Shown: positions 25,144-34,007 of the stretch, in pieces | Position numbering within the stretch: position 1 is the first letter of the stretch | Layout: each line of letters opens with the position of its first letter | Assembly (NCBI GenBank): GCA_963829055.1 | Contig: CAWHHI010000003.1 | Span: 352,001-416,000 of the forward strand | Length of the DNA: 64,000 nt | Direction: 5' to 3' | DNA from: an uncultured Gemmatimonadaceae bacterium | Lineage (GTDB): Bacteria; Gemmatimonadota; Gemmatimonadetes; Gemmatimonadales; Gemmatimonadaceae | Translations under genes and position numbers: made by a program | The notes under the pieces: model-generated | What the model was told of the DNA's origin: nothing | What the model saw: only the letters and a program-made list of their open reading frames with translations | The model's database searches: none

Positions 25144-26469
25144 ATGAAACTTCGACTGCTGATGCCGGCCGTGCTGCTCGTCGCCGCCGCCGGATGCGAT
25201 TCCGCCCTCACGACCGACCCCGTCGACCGCGTTCCGGCCGAACAGGCGATCGTCGACGCGCCCACCGCACGCGCTGCTCTCGTCGGCGCGTACGACGCGC
25301 TTCAGAGCCTGAGCTACTACGGGCGCACGTTCCAGGTCCTTGGCGATCTCTCCGCCGACAACGCCGAGCACGTCGGCACCTTTCAGTACCTCGGCCAGGT
25401 GGACCGCAACCAGCTCCAGGCCGACAACACCGCCGTCACGAACGTCTGGATCGCCATCTACGATGCGGTGGCGCGCGTCAACCTGATCCTGCGCGAGGTG
25501 CCTAACGTCCCTGGCCTCACCGCCGCCCAGAAGAACCAGATCCTCGGCGAGGCCCACTTTCTGCGCGCGCTCCACTATCACAACCTCGTGAAGTTCTGGG
25601 GCGACGTTCCCATGCCGCTCGAGCCGCTCGAGAGCCCGGCCGAAGCAGCGCAGCTGACGCGCACGCCCAAGGCGCAGGTGTACACCCAGATCCTGAGCGA
25701 CCTGACGCAGGCCGAGCAGCTCATGACCACGGCCAAGCAGGCGCGTCAGGCGTCACTGGGTGCCGCACGAGCGCTCCGCGCGCGTGTCATGCTGTACATG
25801 GAGAATTATCAGGGTGCGCTCGACGCCGCGAACACGGTCCAGGCGATGAGCTACTCCCTCGCTCCGGCGTTCGAGTCCCTCTTCACGGATGAAGGAACCG
25901 ACACGCCGGAAGACGTCTTCCGCGTGAGCTTCACGGCCACCGAGTACAACGAGATGGGCTACTACTATCTCTTCGACGGCCGGTGGGAAGTCGCCCCGAC
26001 CGCCAACCTGTACGCGGCCTACAGCGCCACCGACGCTCGGCGCAGCCGCACCGTCGGGAAGGACGGCAGTGACTACGAGGGCACGAAGTTCCCGACGACG
26101 ATCGGTGCGGAAGACCTGCACGTGATCCGGTTCGCGGAAGTCGTGCTCACCAAGGCCGAGGCGCTCGCGCGGCTGAACCGCCTGCCGGAGGCGATCACGG
26201 AGTACAACAAGACCCGCGTTAGGGCCAAGCTCGCGCCACACGTCCTCGGCGTCGATGTCACGTCGCAGGCGGACGTGTTGAACGCGATCGCGAACGAGCG
26301 TCGCCTGGAGCTCGCGCTCGAAGGCGATCGGTTCCCCGATCTCGTTCGCACCGGGCGAGCCCTTGCGGTGCTCGGCCTGCCGGCGAATCGCGCGTTCCAG
26401 TTGCTGTATCCGATTCCGTCGCGTGAGCTGATCGTGTCGCCCGCGCTCACGCAGAACCCCGGCTACTGA
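25144..26469 (+). CDS. susD: RagB/SusD family nutrient-binding lipoprotein
   Basis: Lipobox AAAGC, GEAHFLRALHY, IRFAEVVLTKAEA, ERRLELALEGDRFPDLVR, QNPGY. Confidence 0.92.
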   Translation: MKLRLLMPAVLLVAAAGCDSALTTDPVDRVPAEQAIVDAPTARAALVGAYDALQSLSYYGRTFQVLGDLSADNAEHVGTFQYLGQVDRNQLQADNTAVTNVWIAIYDAVARVNLILREVPNVPGLTAAQKNQILGEAHFLRALHYHNLVKFWGDVPMPLEPLESPAEAAQLTRTPKAQVYTQILSDLTQAEQLMTTAKQARQASLGAARALRARVMLYMENYQGALDAANTVQAMSYSLAPAFESLFTDEGTDTPEDVFRVSFTATEYNEMGYYYLFDGRWEVAPTANLYAAYSATDARRSRTVGKDGSDYEGTKFPTTIGAEDLHVIRFAEVVLTKAEALARLNRLPEAITEYNKTRVRAKLAPHVLGVDVTSQADVLNAIANERRLELALEGDRFPDLVRTGRALAVLGLPANRAFQLLYPIPSRELIVSPALTQNPGY

Positions 26470-26478
26470 TTTCACGCG

Positions 26479-26608
26479 GTCATTCCGAGCGGCCTTGTCA
26501 TCCGAGCGAAGCGGCGCGAGTCGAGGAATCCTCGAGCTGTCCCGACAGAGGGCCTCTCTACCGGTATGAGCACGATTCCTCGACTCGCTATCGCTCGCTC
26601 GGAATGAC
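26479..26608. repeat. CGTC-type REP-like palindromic element, copy 1
   Basis: GTCATTCCGAGCG...GTCGAGGAATC...GATTCCTCGAC...CGCTCGGAATGAC. Confidence 0.85.
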
Positions 26609-26625
26609 ACGTGATCCCAATGGGG

Positions 26626-26667
26626 ACGACCCCGGCGGCCACAGGCCGCCGGGGTCGTTTCTTTGTT
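26626..26667 (+). terminator. Rho-independent terminator after susD
   Basis: 15-bp stem ACGACCCCGGCGGCC / GGCCGCCGGGGTCGT followed by TTCTTTGTT. Confidence 0.8.
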
Positions 26668-26763
26668 GCTTCAGACGCGGCGCCGTGTCGATGCGAGTGC
26701 GCGATCCGATAGCTTCCGGGTCATCAGTTCGATCGTTGTTCAGCCGTTCGGTCGCAGATCTGG

Positions 26764-27423
26764 ATGATGACCGTCGCCAGCCCGCCAATCGTTCTGCTCC
26801 ACGGCCTCGGCCGCACGCGCCATTCGCTGTGGCCGGTTGCTCGCGAGGCCGCGCGGCGAGGCTATCGCGTACACAACTTCGGCTACCCCTCGCGACGCGC
26901 GCCGATCGAGCAACTCGCCGAGACCGTCGGACGGCGCATCACCGAGATCGCCACCACAGGGATCGTCGACGTCGTCACGCACTCGATGGGCGGAATCATC
27001 ATCCGGGCGGCCGTCGCCTTCGGCGCGCTACCCGCCGAGGCCGTCCGGCGCGTCGTGATGCTCGCGCCGCCTAACCATGGCAGCGAGCTCGCCGATCGAC
27101 TCCGGGATTTCCGAGCCTATCGCCTCGCCACCGGGCCGGCCGGCCAGCAGATCGGCACGAATGATGACAGTGTTCCACGACGCCTGCCTCCACCGCCGTT
27201 CGAGGTCGGCATCATCGCCGGCCGGCGAAGCACGAACCCACTCTTCTCCCACCTCCTCGGCGCGGAGGGCGATGGCAAGGTGACCGTGGAGAGTACGCGC
27301 CTCGAGGGCATGCGCGAGATCGTCGTCGTGGATCGCTCACACACGTTCATCATGTGGGCACCGGATGTGCTCGCCCATACGTTTGCCTTCCTCGAGAATG
27401 GACGGTTCGCAACGGACGTGTGA
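26764..27423 (+). CDS. Alpha/beta-fold esterase/lipase
   Basis: VLLHGLGR, VTHSMGG, LAPPNHGS, DGKVTV, HTFIM. Confidence 0.88.
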   Translation: MMTVASPPIVLLHGLGRTRHSLWPVAREAARRGYRVHNFGYPSRRAPIEQLAETVGRRITEIATTGIVDVVTHSMGGIIIRAAVAFGALPAEAVRRVVMLAPPNHGSELADRLRDFRAYRLATGPAGQQIGTNDDSVPRRLPPPPFEVGIIAGRRSTNPLFSHLLGAEGDGKVTVESTRLEGMREIVVVDRSHTFIMWAPDVLAHTFAFLENGRFATDV

Positions 27424-27890
27424 TGACCCTGCTCACGATGACGCTGCTCGAGGACACTGGTGTTCTGCGAGAGCGCGACCTCTGGCTCGAGCTGCGCGCC
27501 CGGGAGCCGGCCTATCCCCCGCGCGGCTGGGTGCCCGCCTATCGGTTCGCCATGCGCCTCGACGGAGTCGATGAGGCCGTGGGCCGACTCAGCTTTCGCG
27601 TGGGAAGCACCCACACGATCGAGCACTACGCCGGCCACATCGGCTACGAGGTGACGCCGGAGTTTCGCGGGGCTCGTCTTGCGGAGCGCTCGTGCCGTCT
27701 CGTGCTGCCGCTCGCGCGGCGCCATGGCTTTCGTGAGCTGTGGATCACGTGTAACCCGGACAACCTGCCGTCGCGGCGCACGTGCGAGCGACTCGGCGCC
27801 GAGTTGGTCGATATCGTCAATGTCCCCCGTGACAACAATGTGTACGGTCCGGGGAGTGAGCGCAAATGCCGCTATCGGCTGACGCTGTGA
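27423..27890 (+). CDS. GNAT family N-acetyltransferase
   Basis: GHIGYEVTPEFRGARLA, ITCNPDNLPSRRTCERLGA; ATG overlaps upstream TGA. Confidence 0.88.
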   Translation: MTLLTMTLLEDTGVLRERDLWLELRAREPAYPPRGWVPAYRFAMRLDGVDEAVGRLSFRVGSTHTIEHYAGHIGYEVTPEFRGARLAERSCRLVLPLARRHGFRELWITCNPDNLPSRRTCERLGAELVDIVNVPRDNNVYGPGSERKCRYRLTL

Positions 27891-27936
27891 TGCGCGATCC
27901 GCGGTCACGTTAGGCAACCGCTCCTTACAAGCGCCT

Positions 27937-28296
27937 GTGGCCCGAACGTTTCTCGAATCGGCACTGGGAAGCACGCTGCCGTCGTTCACGTCCGAGTGGG
28001 CGGCGCTCCGGCGGACGTATCCTCCCACATCTCCACCCACCGACGCCGATTTTCTCGCGGCGCTGCGTGCGCACGTGCTGCGGTTGCTCGGTGAAGGCCG
28101 CGTCGCGGAGACGACGCGGTTCTTCTACGCGCTCGAGCGGCTGCTCGAGGAGGCGGACCCAATTCTGCACGAGTTGATCGCGCGCGATCTCGTCGCCGCG
28201 CTCGCCACCGAGTGTCGGCTCGCGGCGATCGACGCGCGTCGTGTCGAGCCCTACCTCGGGACGCGCACCCGCGCAGCGTGGATGAACACGGCGTGA
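27937..28296 (+). CDS. Hypothetical helical protein
   Basis: 119 aa ORF with typical codon usage; no family recognised. Confidence 0.6.
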   Translation: MARTFLESALGSTLPSFTSEWAALRRTYPPTSPPTDADFLAALRAHVLRLLGEGRVAETTRFFYALERLLEEADPILHELIARDLVAALATECRLAAIDARRVEPYLGTRTRAAWMNTA

Positions 28297-28303
28297 CAAC
28301 TAC

Positions 28304-28405
28304 GTCATCCCGAGCGCTCAGCGAGGGACCTTCTGTGACGCATTCGTGCCGGACGGCCACGATCACGTCCGAGGGGCTCCTTCGCTGACGGCCTCGTCGG
28401 ATGAC
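28304..28405. repeat. Degenerate CGTC-type REP-like element, copy 2
   Basis: GTCATCCCGAGCG..GCGAGGGACC ... CCTTCGCT..TCGGATGAC between convergent genes. Confidence 0.65.
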
Positions 28406-28450
28406 ACGCTTTTTCCCCGTCCGCTCCGCCCTCCGAAGGCCGTCCTTCAG

Positions 28451-31186
28451 CTATTCCCGCAACGCAATGATCGGGTCCACACGCGTGGCCCGCACCGCCG
28501 GAATCAACGTCGCCAACACGCCAGCCACGCCGACTACCGCCACGATCACCACGTACGTCGGCACGTCGGTGCGCTGGACGCCGTACAGGAAGTTCGACAG
28601 CAGCCGCGTCGCCGCGAACGCCCCACCGACCCCGATCACGAGCCCGGCCACCGTCAACACCACGCCCTGCCGGACCACCAGCGCCAGCACCGACGACGGC
28701 TGCGCGCCGATGGCCATCCGTACGCCGAACTCCCGCCTGCGCTGCGTCACGAGATACGCCAGCACGCCGTAGACGCCTAACGCGGCAAGCAGCGCGGCGG
28801 CGAGCCCGAAGCCGGACAGCAGCATCGTCACGAACCGCGTGCCCGACGCCGCCCGCGCCACCATCTCGTCACCAGTCGCCACTCCGTACACCGCGATCGT
28901 CGGATCCGTTTCGGTGATCGCCCGGCGGATCGCCGGCATCGTCTCCGCGGGGCTGGTACGCGTCCGCGCGACGATCACCGACCCGCCAGGCGCCGAGAAC
29001 TGGCCAGCGTCGTAGTAGACGGCCGGCCGAGAAGGGGCGTCGATCGCCTCGTACTTCACGTCCGCGACGACGCCCACGACTTCCATGGGCGGGGTCGAGT
29101 CTCCCAACGTCGAGAGCCGGCGGCCAATGGGAGATTGCCCCCGCCAGAGGAGACGCGCCGCCGACTCGTTCACGATGACCGCCGTCGGCCGGCCCGGTGC
29201 CTCGCGCGAGTCGAACACACGCCCACGCCGCAACGGCACGCGCAGCGTGCGCAGGAAATCACGCGAAACGACGTGAATCTCCATCGGCGGGTACTCGCCA
29301 CGCGTCGTCGCACGTGAGTCCACTCGCGACACCGGCATGAAGACACAGTCGCTGCCGAGTGGCGGACAGTTCGACGAAGCGGCGGACTCCATGCCGGGCA
29401 GTGCCGCGATCCGCGCGACCATCTCCGCGCGGCGGTCCGGCGTCGCGAGCGTTGAGTCACCGCCCGACAGCCGGAGTGTCACGAGATGGTCCGCGGCGAA
29501 TCCGATGTCGCTCGCGAGCAACGCGCGGAAGCTGCGCACCATGAGACCCGCGCCGACCAGCAACGCCGTCGCGAGTCCCACCTGTCCGATGACCAGCAGG
29601 CGACGGCCGCGAGCCCGTGTCGTTCCGCCTCTGCTACCCGCGACTTTGATGATGTCCGCGATGTTCGTCCGCGACGCGGCGAGCGCGGGCGCGGCGCCGA
29701 ACAGCATGCCCACGGCCAGGGTCAGCACGGTCACGAACGCCAGGACGCGCCAGTCGGGCGCGAGCGAGACGCCCTGCAGGATATCCACGTTGCGAAGCAG
29801 CACGAAGTTGGGCGGCAGCGTCGGTCGAACGCGCGCCAGCGCGGCCGCGCCGCCGTAGGCGATCAGCACGCCCGGAATCCCGCCGGCGAGCGCCAGCACG
29901 ACGCTCTCGGTGAGCATCTGCCTAACGAGCCTGCCGCGGCCGGCACCGAGCGCGATGCGCACTCCCATCTCGGACTCACGGGCGCGGGCGCGGGCCAGCA
30001 ACAACCCGGCGAGGTTCGCGCACACGATCAGCAACACGCCCCCTACCGCGATCGAGAGCACCGTCAGCAGCGGACGGATCAGCGGGTGACGCCTCGCCTC
30101 GGCGAAGCCGACCACGCCGCCACTCCACTCCGCCTTCCGACTGCCGAACGCCGGCGGCGGGAAGATCGCGTTCAGAGCCCGGGCGGCGGTCTTGATTTGA
30201 GCGTTCGCGGTCGCGAGCGACGCGTTAGGCGCGAGACGTGCGACCACGGCGCCCATCTCGTTCGCCATCTGCTCGCGCCGCTCTCGCGGGCCCAACTCGG
30301 CGAGCGCCTTGATCGGCACCCACATCTCCGCGCTCTCGCGAATGCCGGTGAAGCTCGCCGGCATGACGCCGATGATCGTCACGGGCAGCTTGTCCAGAAC
30401 GGCGGTCGTCCCGATCACGGCGGTGTCGCCGCCGAAGTGTCGCCGCCAGAGCGGCTCGGACAATACCGCGACGGCGCCCGACGCCGATGGCATCGAGTCG
30501 GCCGCGGCAATGGTGCGGCCAATGAGAGCCCGCGCCCCGAGCGTCGAGAACAGACTCGTAGTCACGAGTTCCGCCCGCACGCGCTCCGCTGATTGCGCGG
30601 GCGCGCCGGCCGGGAGCCCGGTGCGTCGGAGGTTGTACTCGTCCCAGCTCGAGAAGCCGGCGTCCGCGAAGGCAGGGACCATCTCGCGCAGCCGGACGTA
30701 CTTGTTGTACGTCCACGGCATGGAGTCCACGGCGAAGAAGAAGCCGGGCGTGACCGTCTGGGCTGTGACCACCAACCGCTCGGCGGCCGGAAACGGGAGC
30801 GGCCGGAGGAGGATGACGTTCACGAGCGTGAAGACCGCCGTTGTGGCCCCGATACCTAACGCGAGCGACGTAATGGCGACGGCGGTGAACGCTGGTGCCT
30901 GGCGGAGCGACCGGAGCGCGTAGCGCGCGTCCTGTATCGCCGCCTCGACCCACCCGACAGCCATCACGTCGCCGGTCTGGTCCCGCAATCGCGCCGCGTT
31001 GCCGAACTGGCGACGCGCGGCCCACGCCGCCTCGTCCGCGCTCATGCCGGCTTGCTCGTGGTCCCGTGCATTCATCTCGACGTGGAACCGCATTTCCTCG
31101 GCGAGCTCGCGCTCGAAGCGCTCGCGGTTGAGATAGAATCGGATGCGGCGCGCGAGCTCGGCCACGTACTCAATCGGGTTTCGCAT
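28451..31186 (-). CDS. ADOP duplicated ABC permease with N-terminal prefix domain
   Basis: ELAEEMRFHVEM...ARRQFGN prefix, ALGIGATTAVF, LLIVCANLAGL, RREFGVRMAIGA, VDPIIALRE. Confidence 0.92.
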   Translation of the reverse strand: MRNPIEYVAELARRIRFYLNRERFERELAEEMRFHVEMNARDHEQAGMSADEAAWAARRQFGNAARLRDQTGDVMAVGWVEAAIQDARYALRSLRQAPAFTAVAITSLALGIGATTAVFTLVNVILLRPLPFPAAERLVVTAQTVTPGFFFAVDSMPWTYNKYVRLREMVPAFADAGFSSWDEYNLRRTGLPAGAPAQSAERVRAELVTTSLFSTLGARALIGRTIAAADSMPSASGAVAVLSEPLWRRHFGGDTAVIGTTAVLDKLPVTIIGVMPASFTGIRESAEMWVPIKALAELGPRERREQMANEMGAVVARLAPNASLATANAQIKTAARALNAIFPPPAFGSRKAEWSGGVVGFAEARRHPLIRPLLTVLSIAVGGVLLIVCANLAGLLLARARARESEMGVRIALGAGRGRLVRQMLTESVVLALAGGIPGVLIAYGGAAALARVRPTLPPNFVLLRNVDILQGVSLAPDWRVLAFVTVLTLAVGMLFGAAPALAASRTNIADIIKVAGSRGGTTRARGRRLLVIGQVGLATALLVGAGLMVRSFRALLASDIGFAADHLVTLRLSGGDSTLATPDRRAEMVARIAALPGMESAASSNCPPLGSDCVFMPVSRVDSRATTRGEYPPMEIHVVSRDFLRTLRVPLRRGRVFDSREAPGRPTAVIVNESAARLLWRGQSPIGRRLSTLGDSTPPMEVVGVVADVKYEAIDAPSRPAVYYDAGQFSAPGGSVIVARTRTSPAETMPAIRRAITETDPTIAVYGVATGDEMVARAASGTRFVTMLLSGFGLAAALLAALGVYGVLAYLVTQRRREFGVRMAIGAQPSSVLALVVRQGVVLTVAGLVIGVGGAFAATRLLSNFLYGVQRTDVPTYVVIVAVVGVAGVLATLIPAVRATRVDPIIALRE

Positions 31187-31522
31187 TCAGGTCGTCCCCA
31201 TGACGCGTTGAATGGCCACCAACAATCGGTCGAAGTCCGCCACTTCCTGCGCGAGCTGCTTCTTCCCGAGCGGCGTCAGCTTGTAGTAGCGCGCGCGGCG
31301 CTTGGTCGGCGTCTGTCCCCACTCCGATGACACCCATCCCTTGAGCTGCATCCGCTGCAGCGCGGGATAGAGCGAGCCCTCCTCCACCTGGAGCACGTCC
31401 TGCGAGAGCTGCTGCAGATGCTGAGCGATCCCGTACCCGTGCATCGGGGCGATCGTGAGCGTCTTGAGGATCAGCATCTCGAGCGTCCCGGGCAGGATCT
31501 CGCTGCGTTCGTTCTTTGCCAT
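31187..31522 (-). CDS. padR: PadR family transcriptional regulator (acidobacterial type)
   Basis: ILPGTLEMLILKTL, HGYGIAQHL, EEGSLYPALQRM, KRRARYY; ATG at 31522. Confidence 0.92.
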   Translation of the reverse strand: MAKNERSEILPGTLEMLILKTLTIAPMHGYGIAQHLQQLSQDVLQVEEGSLYPALQRMQLKGWVSSEWGQTPTKRRARYYKLTPLGKKQLAQEVADFDRLLVAIQRVMGTT

Positions 31523-31575
31523 AGATAGTCTATAGGTAGTCTGTCTATGGTAGAACACCGTGCCGCCACCGTCAA
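31521..31575 (-). promoter_or_regulatory. Sigma70-like promoter and operator of padR-2
   Basis: Minus strand TTGACG(31575-31570)-17bp-TACCAT(31552-31547); ATAGAC repeats and palindrome ATAGA-N3-TCTAT touching the ATG. Confidence 0.65.
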
Positions 31576-31671
31576 GAGCGGCCTCCTGCTACGTCGCGCG
31601 ACGTATGCCTCGTCGCGCCGCGAGGTTGTACCCTCACGTCGACGCTCACGCCGACGCTCACGGAGACTCCC

Positions 31672-32313
31672 ATGACCTCTCGATCTGCCGCCACCGTACT
31701 CGCACTGTGCCTGGCAAGTGGCTGCCTTCCTTACACTGTCGGGTCCACGGCGCGAACGCTGCCCGCCGGACAGTCGACCAAGGCGGCCATCGTCTATTAC
31801 ATCCCCGACGCGGTCGACGTCCTCGGCGATTCGGTGTCGGCCCCCATGCGCGGCACTGACCTCGAGCTCCGCTACGGCCTCGATGACAAGTCGGACCTCG
31901 GCGTCCGCTTACCCTCTTACAGCGGCGCCGTGTTCACGTACAAGCGACGGCTCGCTGGCACCTCAGCGCCGGAGAGCGGTGCTGTCTCCGTCATGGCCGG
32001 CGGAGGATTCGTGAACTGGGGCGAGCACGCCGAGACGGAGCTCACGATGCTGGCGTCGGGACGCGAAGCGAGCGTGGTCACGCCCTACGGCGGCCTTCGC
32101 GTGATGCAGGTGATCCCCATGTCGCGGAATGCCGTGCACGACACGCCGACCGCCGGCGGCTTCCTCGGCATGCGCCTGCGCTTCGGCGATGTCGATGTGA
32201 TTCCCGAGATCGGCGTCTACTACGATCGCTCCGCACTCGACCTGCGCCGCACGAACTACATCGTCGTCCCAGGCGTGAGCTTCGCACCGCGCAGAGGAAA
32301 GCCGGTCGGGTAA
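31672..32313 (+). CDS. Hypothetical lipoprotein / outer-membrane beta-rich protein
   Basis: GGAG RBS, lipobox LASGC, alternating beta-strand pattern. Confidence 0.7.
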   Translation: MTSRSAATVLALCLASGCLPYTVGSTARTLPAGQSTKAAIVYYIPDAVDVLGDSVSAPMRGTDLELRYGLDDKSDLGVRLPSYSGAVFTYKRRLAGTSAPESGAVSVMAGGGFVNWGEHAETELTMLASGREASVVTPYGGLRVMQVIPMSRNAVHDTPTAGGFLGMRLRFGDVDVIPEIGVYYDRSALDLRRTNYIVVPGVSFAPRRGKPVG

Positions 32314-32392
32314 GCCACTGTCAGGTAAGTGGCTTGCATCACCCCGTCCTCGCCTGCTGCTTTCGGTTCAAAGCAATCAGCGGGGAACAACC

Positions 32393-33340
32393 ATGCCGCG
32401 CGCGAAGAAGAAAAAACCCGAGGTCACGCCCGCCTCACGCGGGCTCGACGCCCGACGCCTCGCCACCGCCGCTCCACCCGCGAGTGTCGTCAACGTCGCG
32501 GCCGCGATCGAGGAGAACGGTGGCTCCGCCCTCGCGACGTACCGCGACCCACTTGGCGGACACTGGCAGATCCTCGCGGCACTCCCCATCGACCGCGTCG
32601 AGCCCACACCCTATCAGCGCGATCTATCCGAGGCACACGTCGACCGGCTGACCGTCGCCATCGACAAGCTCGACCGCTTCCTCGATCCCGTCATCGCCGT
32701 CCCCGCCGGCGACGGCAAGTACTGGTCGCCTAACGGGTATCACCGACTCGGCGCCATGAAGCAGCTCGGCGCAAAGTCCATCGTCGCGCTCGTCGTGCCC
32801 GAGCCCGAAGTCGCGCATCACATCCTGCTGCTCAACACCGAGAAGGCGCACAACCTCCGCGAGCGCGCGCTCGAAGTGGCGAGGCTGGCCGAAGCGCTGG
32901 CGGAGATCGATGATCGTCCTGAGCGCGAGTTCGCGGTGCAGTTCGAGGAGGCGGCGCTCGTCACGCTCGGCTTCTGCTATCAGCAGAACGGTCGATTCGC
33001 CGGCGGCGCTTTCCACCCGGTGCTCAAGCGATGCGACAAGTTCCTGGGCTCCAGGCTGCCGAGGGCGCTCGAGACGCGGCGCGAGCGCGCGGCCAAGCTG
33101 CTCGAGCTGAACGACGCCGTGAACGCCGCGGTGGCGAGCCTCAAGGAGCGCGGGTTCGAGAGTCCGTACCTCAAGGCATTCGTCGTTGCCCGGATCAACC
33201 CGCTTCGCTTTCAGCGGAAGCCCACCGCCGATTTCGACGAGACGATCGACAAGATGATCGGCTCCGCGACGCGGTTCGACGCCACGCGGATCAGGGTGGA
33301 CCAGGTCGCCCGCAGCGGCGGCGCTCCCGAAGAGTCGTGA
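32393..33340 (+). CDS. ParB/Srx N-terminal domain protein (orphan)
   Basis: LPIDRVEPTPYQRDLS, FLDPVIAV, SPNGYHRLGAM, LNTEKAHNLRE. Confidence 0.8.
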   Translation: MPRAKKKKPEVTPASRGLDARRLATAAPPASVVNVAAAIEENGGSALATYRDPLGGHWQILAALPIDRVEPTPYQRDLSEAHVDRLTVAIDKLDRFLDPVIAVPAGDGKYWSPNGYHRLGAMKQLGAKSIVALVVPEPEVAHHILLLNTEKAHNLRERALEVARLAEALAEIDDRPEREFAVQFEEAALVTLGFCYQQNGRFAGGAFHPVLKRCDKFLGSRLPRALETRRERAAKLLELNDAVNAAVASLKERGFESPYLKAFVVARINPLRFQRKPTADFDETIDKMIGSATRFDATRIRVDQVARSGGAPEES

Positions 33341-33434
33341 GCGCCGCTTCACTCCGATGCAACTATTGACTTCATTTCGGGTTCACAGCCTCTTACCCGG
33401 ACTTCTCGCCTTACCTGTCTTCCCCGTTCCCAGC

Positions 33435-33980
33435 ATGCGTCGTTTTTTCGTTCCCATCTTTTTCAGTGCTATCGCGAGTACCGCTGCTACCGCGCAGACG
33501 CCGGACTCGACGGCAGCACTTCCCGGAAAATCGGCACTGCAGGGCGTGTACACCGATGCCCAGGCATCCCGCGGCGACAACGAGCACGCATCGAACTGCA
33601 CGTCCTGTCACTCGACGACGAACTACGCTGGCCCCGCTTTCGTGAAGACCTGGGTCGGCCGGACCGCGTTCGACCTGTTCGAGCAGTTGAGGACGACGAT
33701 GCCCGACGACAGCCCGGGCAGCCTGTCGCAGCAGCAGTACGTGGACATCGTCGCCTACATCCTCAAGATCAACGGCTATCCGGCGGGCGCCGATTCGCTG
33801 TCGACGGACCCCGAGGCGTTGCGCCTCATCAGACTCGAGGCGAAGAAGGACTCGCAGACGGCGCGCGTTCCGCACCCGTCGAGCCGTGTATCGGCGAGCG
33901 TGCTCCAAGCCGCAGGCCTTCGCCCGCTGCACCCAATGTATCATGCTCACGCCGTCATGGCGCCAGCGACCACGCGATAG
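33435..33980 (+). CDS. Monoheme cytochrome c
   Basis: Signal peptide, GVYTDAQASRG, heme motif CTSCH, TMPDDSPGSL, DIVAYILKINGYPAG. Confidence 0.88.
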   Translation: MRRFFVPIFFSAIASTAATAQTPDSTAALPGKSALQGVYTDAQASRGDNEHASNCTSCHSTTNYAGPAFVKTWVGRTAFDLFEQLRTTMPDDSPGSLSQQQYVDIVAYILKINGYPAGADSLSTDPEALRLIRLEAKKDSQTARVPHPSSRVSASVLQAAGLRPLHPMYHAHAVMAPATTR

Positions 33981-34007
33981 CCGCCAGCTCCTTCTCATTT
34001 CCCCACG

